From: Okamejei kenojei
Taxonomy: Eukaryota
Assembly: GCA_035221665.1 (NCBI GenBank)
Contig: CM069164.1
Span: 15,190,001-15,254,000, forward strand
Length of the DNA: 64,000 nt
Reading direction: 5' to 3'
Positions 59,135-64,000 of the stretch are shown here, in pieces. Numbering within the stretch: the first letter of the stretch is position 1; the number at the start of each line of letters is the position of its first letter. The position numbers were made by a program, and so were the translations under genes. The notes under the pieces were generated by a model. That model was not told where the DNA came from. It was given only the letters and a program-made list of their open reading frames with translations, and ran no database searches.

Positions 59135-60040
59135 CAATATAGCCAAGAAATCATTAAAAAAACATGTACTTCTATTTCCGCAGAAGACTAAGGAAATTCA
59201 GTATGTCTCCAGTGACTCTTACCAATTTCTATGGATGCACCACAGAAAACATCCTGCACTTTCTATAGATGCATCACAGTTTTGTATTGCAACTTCTCTA
59301 CCCAAGATCTCAATAAATTGCCAGAATTTGTGTAATCAGTCCAGCCCATCACTCAAAGCAGCCACTCCGATCAACTCCATCTACATGTTATGCTGCACTG
59401 GGAAAGCACCCAACATAATGAATCACCATTTCCACCCTTCCTTAAAAGGCTTTGAAAGTTTGGCATGTCTCATACAACTCTCACCAATTTCTACAGATGC
59501 ACCATAGAAACCATTTTATCAGAATGCATCACAGCTTGGTTTGGGAACAGCTCCATCCAAGACTGCAAAATATTGCAGCAAATTGTGGATGCAGCCCAGA
59601 CCATCACACAAACCAACCTCCCTTCTATTGACTCCATTTATACCTCGCGATACCAGCAGCATAATCAAGGACGAGTCGCACCCTGCCCACTCCCTCTTCT
59701 CCCCGCTCCCATCAGGCAAAAGGAATAGAAGTGTGAAAACGCGCACCTCCAGATTCAGGGGCTGTTTCTTTCCAGCTGTTAACAGGCAACTGAATCATCC
59801 TACCACAACCAGAGAGCAGTGCTGAACTACTATCTACCTCTTTCGTGACCCTCGGACTATCCTTGATCGGACTTTTTTGGCTTCACCTTGCACTAAACGT
59901 TATTCCCTTATCATGTATCTATTCACTGTAAATGGATTGATTGCAATCATGTTTGTCTTTCTGCTGACTGGTCAGCATGCAACAATAGCTTTTCACTGTA
60001 CCTCGGTACACGTGACAATAAACTAAACTAAACTAAACTA
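59135..60040 (+). mobile_element. Two tandem Rex1/Babar-type LINE 3' fragments (older 59135-59455, younger 59460-60040)
   Basis: TLTNFYRCTIETILSECITAWFGNSS…IIKDESHPAHSLFSPLPSGKR. (AAACT)n tail. Confidence 0.8.
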
Positions 60041-60261
60041 GAGTCCTGATATCACCTCTCCCAACCTCCTTCTGAGCAGGAGGTGAATCAGGGACAAATG
60101 AGTGAAGTCCAGGGCTGTGTGTTCTCTGGTGGACCAGCTAGGGGACCTGCAGGATCTTCTCCTGCTTCCCGTTCACATCTCGGGCAATGCCAAGCTCTGT
60201 CAGATCTGGAAACATTCATTGTGCTCTGTGCCTATGTCCCGAGAGGCTGCGATCTATTGAA

Positions 60262-60485
60262 GGCACAAGAGACAGCAGATGTTGGAGTCTTATGTAAAAA
60301 TCAAACTGCTGGAGGAACTTAGCAAGTTGGACATCAATGGAGGAAAATGGACAGATGTTTCTGGCCAGGACCTCCTTCAGATACAAGAAGTCCACAGAAC
60401 AGGCTCAATTCAAAACATCATCTACCCTCCACAGATGCTGCTTTCTCCTACTGAGTTCCTCTACTCATTCTTTTTTTATCTGAAT
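60262..60485 (-). mobile_element. Degenerate PLE-derived fold-back element
   Basis: gcagatgttggagtc…ctgctggaggaactta…gatgtttctgg…cttcaga / caaaacatc…ccacagatgctgc…ctgagttcctc. Confidence 0.5.
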
Positions 60486-60744
60486 CCTCGTTGACAAAGA
60501 TCTGGTGCTTACTTAGCTATTTGTGACTGAATTCCTGCATGGCCAGCAACTATTTATAGCTTTGGAACAGAATAAAGTGTCTTTAGGTCAATCATTGGTT
60601 TTGGTCACTTGTGTTATAAGATTGCTCCTGTTTTTGACATCGTGTTTATTGGAATTTAATGTTGCTTCAGTTATCCGTAGAAAATGGAGAAGCTGGCCTT
60701 CATCTCAGATGGTTGAGGGGACATTTAATAAAAGCAACAGAAAT

Positions 60745-60992
60745 CTATCCTGACCTCAGGTGGCGTCTGTGTGGAGCTTGTTCTACCTGCGCAGGTGTTC
60801 ACTCTGGGTGCTCTGGTTTCCCCCACATCCCAAAGACATGCAGCTTTGTTGGTTCTGTAAATTGCCCCGAGTGTGGAGAGAGCGGATGTAAAAGTGGGAT
60901 AACATAGAACTAGTGTGAACTCGATGGTTGGCACGAACTCAGTGGGCCGAAGGGCCTGTTTCTATCCAGTATCTCTAAAACGGAAACTGAAA
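60745..60992 (+). mobile_element. V-SINE (HE1-like)
   Basis: gtctgtgtggagcttg…ctctgggtgctctggtttcccccacatcccaaagacatgcag…gaactcagtgggccgaagggcctgtttc. Confidence 0.65.
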
Positions 60993-62457
60993 TCATATGG
61001 GAGTTTTGACAGGGTCTGTAAGAAGGAATTGTTTCCGGTGGACCTGAGGACCACAGATCAAAGGCGACTGTTAAAACAACCGGAGCGGTGACGGAAAACG
61101 TGTCACCTGAGATGTGTGCCTGCAGGAACGGATGTAACCACACTCAACAGGAATTTCCAAAAATGAGTTAGATTAATATTTGCGGCTGTAAGAAAAGATC
61201 TGTGGACGGATTATATAACTGTAGGGAATAGCTTACTTCGCAGCTGCAAGATTCAGTGGTTTGAAATCCACCTCGATTGTGAGGTCGTAACAAGGTCGAG
61301 AATATGCACCATTTTCCTCTTTACATTTTCAATCATTTTACTTAATTGAAACCACATTGCTTCACATGAGCCCACTTCCCACAGTGCGACGCTGCACCTT
61401 CTGCACTTGCACGCCAGGGTCAGTCTCCGGCGGTAGCACCGTTGTGGGAACAACCGTTTCCGTTGTAGAAACACAGGCTGACACATGGTCGCACTCATCC
61501 CCGGAGACTGCTGCTTCCTAACGCATCCCGCGGAAAACTGCATTACAACGCTGTCACCAACAGGAACTAAAGGAACTATCCGTTTCTGATGCTAGGATCA
61601 GAGGATTACCAGGATATTCAAAGTCTGATGACAGATCTACCTGGAATACTTAAACAAAATCAGAGCGGAAAGCCCAGGAAGACCGAGTGCCAGTGATGCA
61701 AGTGCTTTGGACAGATTGTGCCAATGTTGGAGTAAAGCTGTCTGTCATACTGCGGTCTCATTATAAAGATCTGGGGTAAAATAGCTGGAGCTTCAACAGC
61801 TTGCATTTAAATAGCACCTTTAGCATAGTAAAACAGCCCACACAATCTAACAAAATTGATTATCAGGCTGAGCAATGCACACAGCTATCTAAGGAGCTAT
61901 CAAGGCTGGTGGCCAAGAGCTCGGTCCAGTGTCTCAAGTATTAAAGACATTAACAAAAGGACAAATGTCATAAAGGGGTTCAAGAGTGAATTGCGATGCT
62001 TATGGCCTTGGGAGCTAAAGGCACAGTCACAGTTCTGGAGCGATTTTCAATGGGGATGTGTCAGAGGGCAGAACTAGGGAGATACCAAGATATTGAAGAG
62101 CTGACTGAGGTTACAGAGATAGACTGGGGGAAAGCTGTGGCATAAGCACTGACAGCATCCTGCTGGGCCAAATGGCCTGATCTGGGCGAAACATTCTGCA
62201 GAGTGGCAGGTGTGAAACATGTCCAAGTCAAAGACAAAGATGATTTAACAATGAGATGGAGTTTAAGGGAAAAATATCATTGGATCAGGGTCTGTTGACT
62301 GTGTTTGCAGGAATGTAATGTGTTGGCTCAGGGAGCATTCACAGACTGTTCCTTTTCAAGGGACAAATGTGTGGAGATGCATCTAACCACACACATTTTG
62401 TTCTGTGGGGAGGGTGTGCCCTTGCTCTCTCCATCTCCACATGTCGTGAGTCACTGA

Positions 62458-63075
62458 CAGATATAGCACAGGAGCAGGCCGATTGACCACTGAGTCCACA
62501 CTGACTATCAAGCACCCAGTGTTCTTAGCGTAGAGAAACAAGGAACTGCAGGTTGCTGGTTTACAAAAATGGACACAAAGTACTTTGTGCTGCCTTTGAG
62601 TTACTCAGCGGGTTAGGCAACACAGAGGCAGCACAAAGGTTCTACATCTCTGTAGAACATGGATAGGTGATGGTTTGGGTCGGGACCTTATTGCCAAAGT
62701 CTGATCCGTTCTTCTGATGAGTCTGAAGAAGGGTCCTAACCAGAATCATCATCTATCTATGCTCTTCAGAGAGCTGCCAGACCCGCTGAGTTACTCCAGC
62801 GATCTGTGTTGTCTTACCCTGTTATACTGTTCTTACCCAAACCCATTTTATTCGCCTCACATTCCCATCAACTGCTCCCAGAATCTACCTCTCACCGACA
62901 CACTAGGGCCAACTCATGTTGCCAATTAACCCGCTGACCCGCATGATTTGGGATGTGGGTGGAAACCAGAGGAAACCCACTCAGGCACCATGAGAACTTG
63001 CAAACTCCACACAGACAGCGGCAGAGGTCAGGAACGAACCCAGATCCCTGGAACGAACACGCAGTGTTGCGCTGT
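62458..63075 (-). mobile_element. V-SINE (HE1-like) interrupted by a PLE-derived fold-back element (~62533-62812)
   Basis: SINE tail at 62458-62520 and V-domain/head at 62830-63075. The insert has inverted arms and gtctgaagaagggtcc at 62731-62746. Confidence 0.65.
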
Positions 63076-64000
63076 AATGCTGTAATTCCATCATTCTGTC
63101 AGTGGGGGAATGGTGTTGTCGTCACTGTGCCTGAACAGATTTGACATTCCAAAAAACGGATTCCCAAATTGTCTTTTTGACTGCGTCTTAATAACAGCAA
63201 CTCAGAACATTACAGGAAAATAAAAGACTATTGCAAGTCCTGGTCCAATTATCTCCTGCCCTCTAACCCTGCTTCCTTCCAATCCACACTGGCTCTTACC
63301 TCCCAGATACTCAGCGAGTATCTAGCTAACCTTGGTATCGGAAATCATGTGAACTCCTTCATTATCCAGACGCTTCAGTCATTCCCAACTAATGATTATT
63401 ATTCATGTGAACCACCTGAGTACCTTAATTAGATCACAGACTGTAATGACTGCACAACCTAGATCATGCTCTGTATAAACAATCTGAATTCTGCAGTTGG
63501 AATGCAGAACATGAGCACTCCCAGGTATCTGTTTATTTATACAATAATGGGATGGTTCATTGATATTGAACTGTGGTGACAATGAATCATCTGAATGCTT
63601 CAATTAGATCAGACAATGAAAGCAACAAGGTTTCCATTATTCTACAGATGAGCCATCTGAACATCTCATTGAGATTACAGCCTGTAATCACCCCGGTCTT
63701 CACTTCTGCATCAATAACTAAAACTCCTTGATAAGGTTCCCGATCTATTTGCTGCTGAGAATTTGCTCCTCTGAAACGCACCTCCCCCGACCCCACCTGT
63801 CTGAACCCAGAAACATCAGTGGGTCAGTGCCAGTGAGCAGGGTCTCCCCCAGCCTCTCACACGATGGCAATCACTCATTTTATATTATTATTTTTTTTAT
63901 AAATAAACTTTATTCATTAACAAGTATAAACACAAATTACATATCAACCCTCGGGTTTCTTTACTTTCATGTTGTGGTCCAGCCTATACATTCATAGCAT

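Noticed and set aside
10300-64000. miR-184 or ANKRD34C, which lie upstream of RASGRF1 in mammals
   Set aside because: By eye I did not find TGGACGGAGAACTGATAAGGGT, its complement, or an ankyrin-repeat ORF. A BLAST search is needed to exclude them.

Overview
Vertebrate genomic DNA, probably from a cartilaginous fish (skate or ray; inferred from the repeat families). The only host gene I can support is RASGRF1 on the minus strand. Its first coding exon is 9832->9557 (276 nt, N-terminal PH domain), in a CpG-rich promoter region with a near-consensus RE1/NRSE site, a 22-unit hexamer repeat and two minimal uORFs. Positions 1-9556 are intron 1. About 54 kb upstream (10.3-64 kb) is intergenic and dense in decayed transposons: Penelope-like elements (PLEs; RT/GIY-YIG remnants), CR1 and Rex1/Babar-type LINE 3' ends, V-SINE and Deu-SINE-type SINEs, and hAT- and Harbinger-type MITEs. 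The most striking structure is a family of about 160-350 bp fold-back elements built from the PLE 3' terminus. They carry minimal hammerhead-ribozyme motifs near the hairpin apex and several have their own 10-16 bp target-site duplications (TSDs). Nearly all other ORFs in the track are spurious or transposon remnants. Repeat family names come from motif recognition, not a database search, and boundaries without a TSD are approximate.
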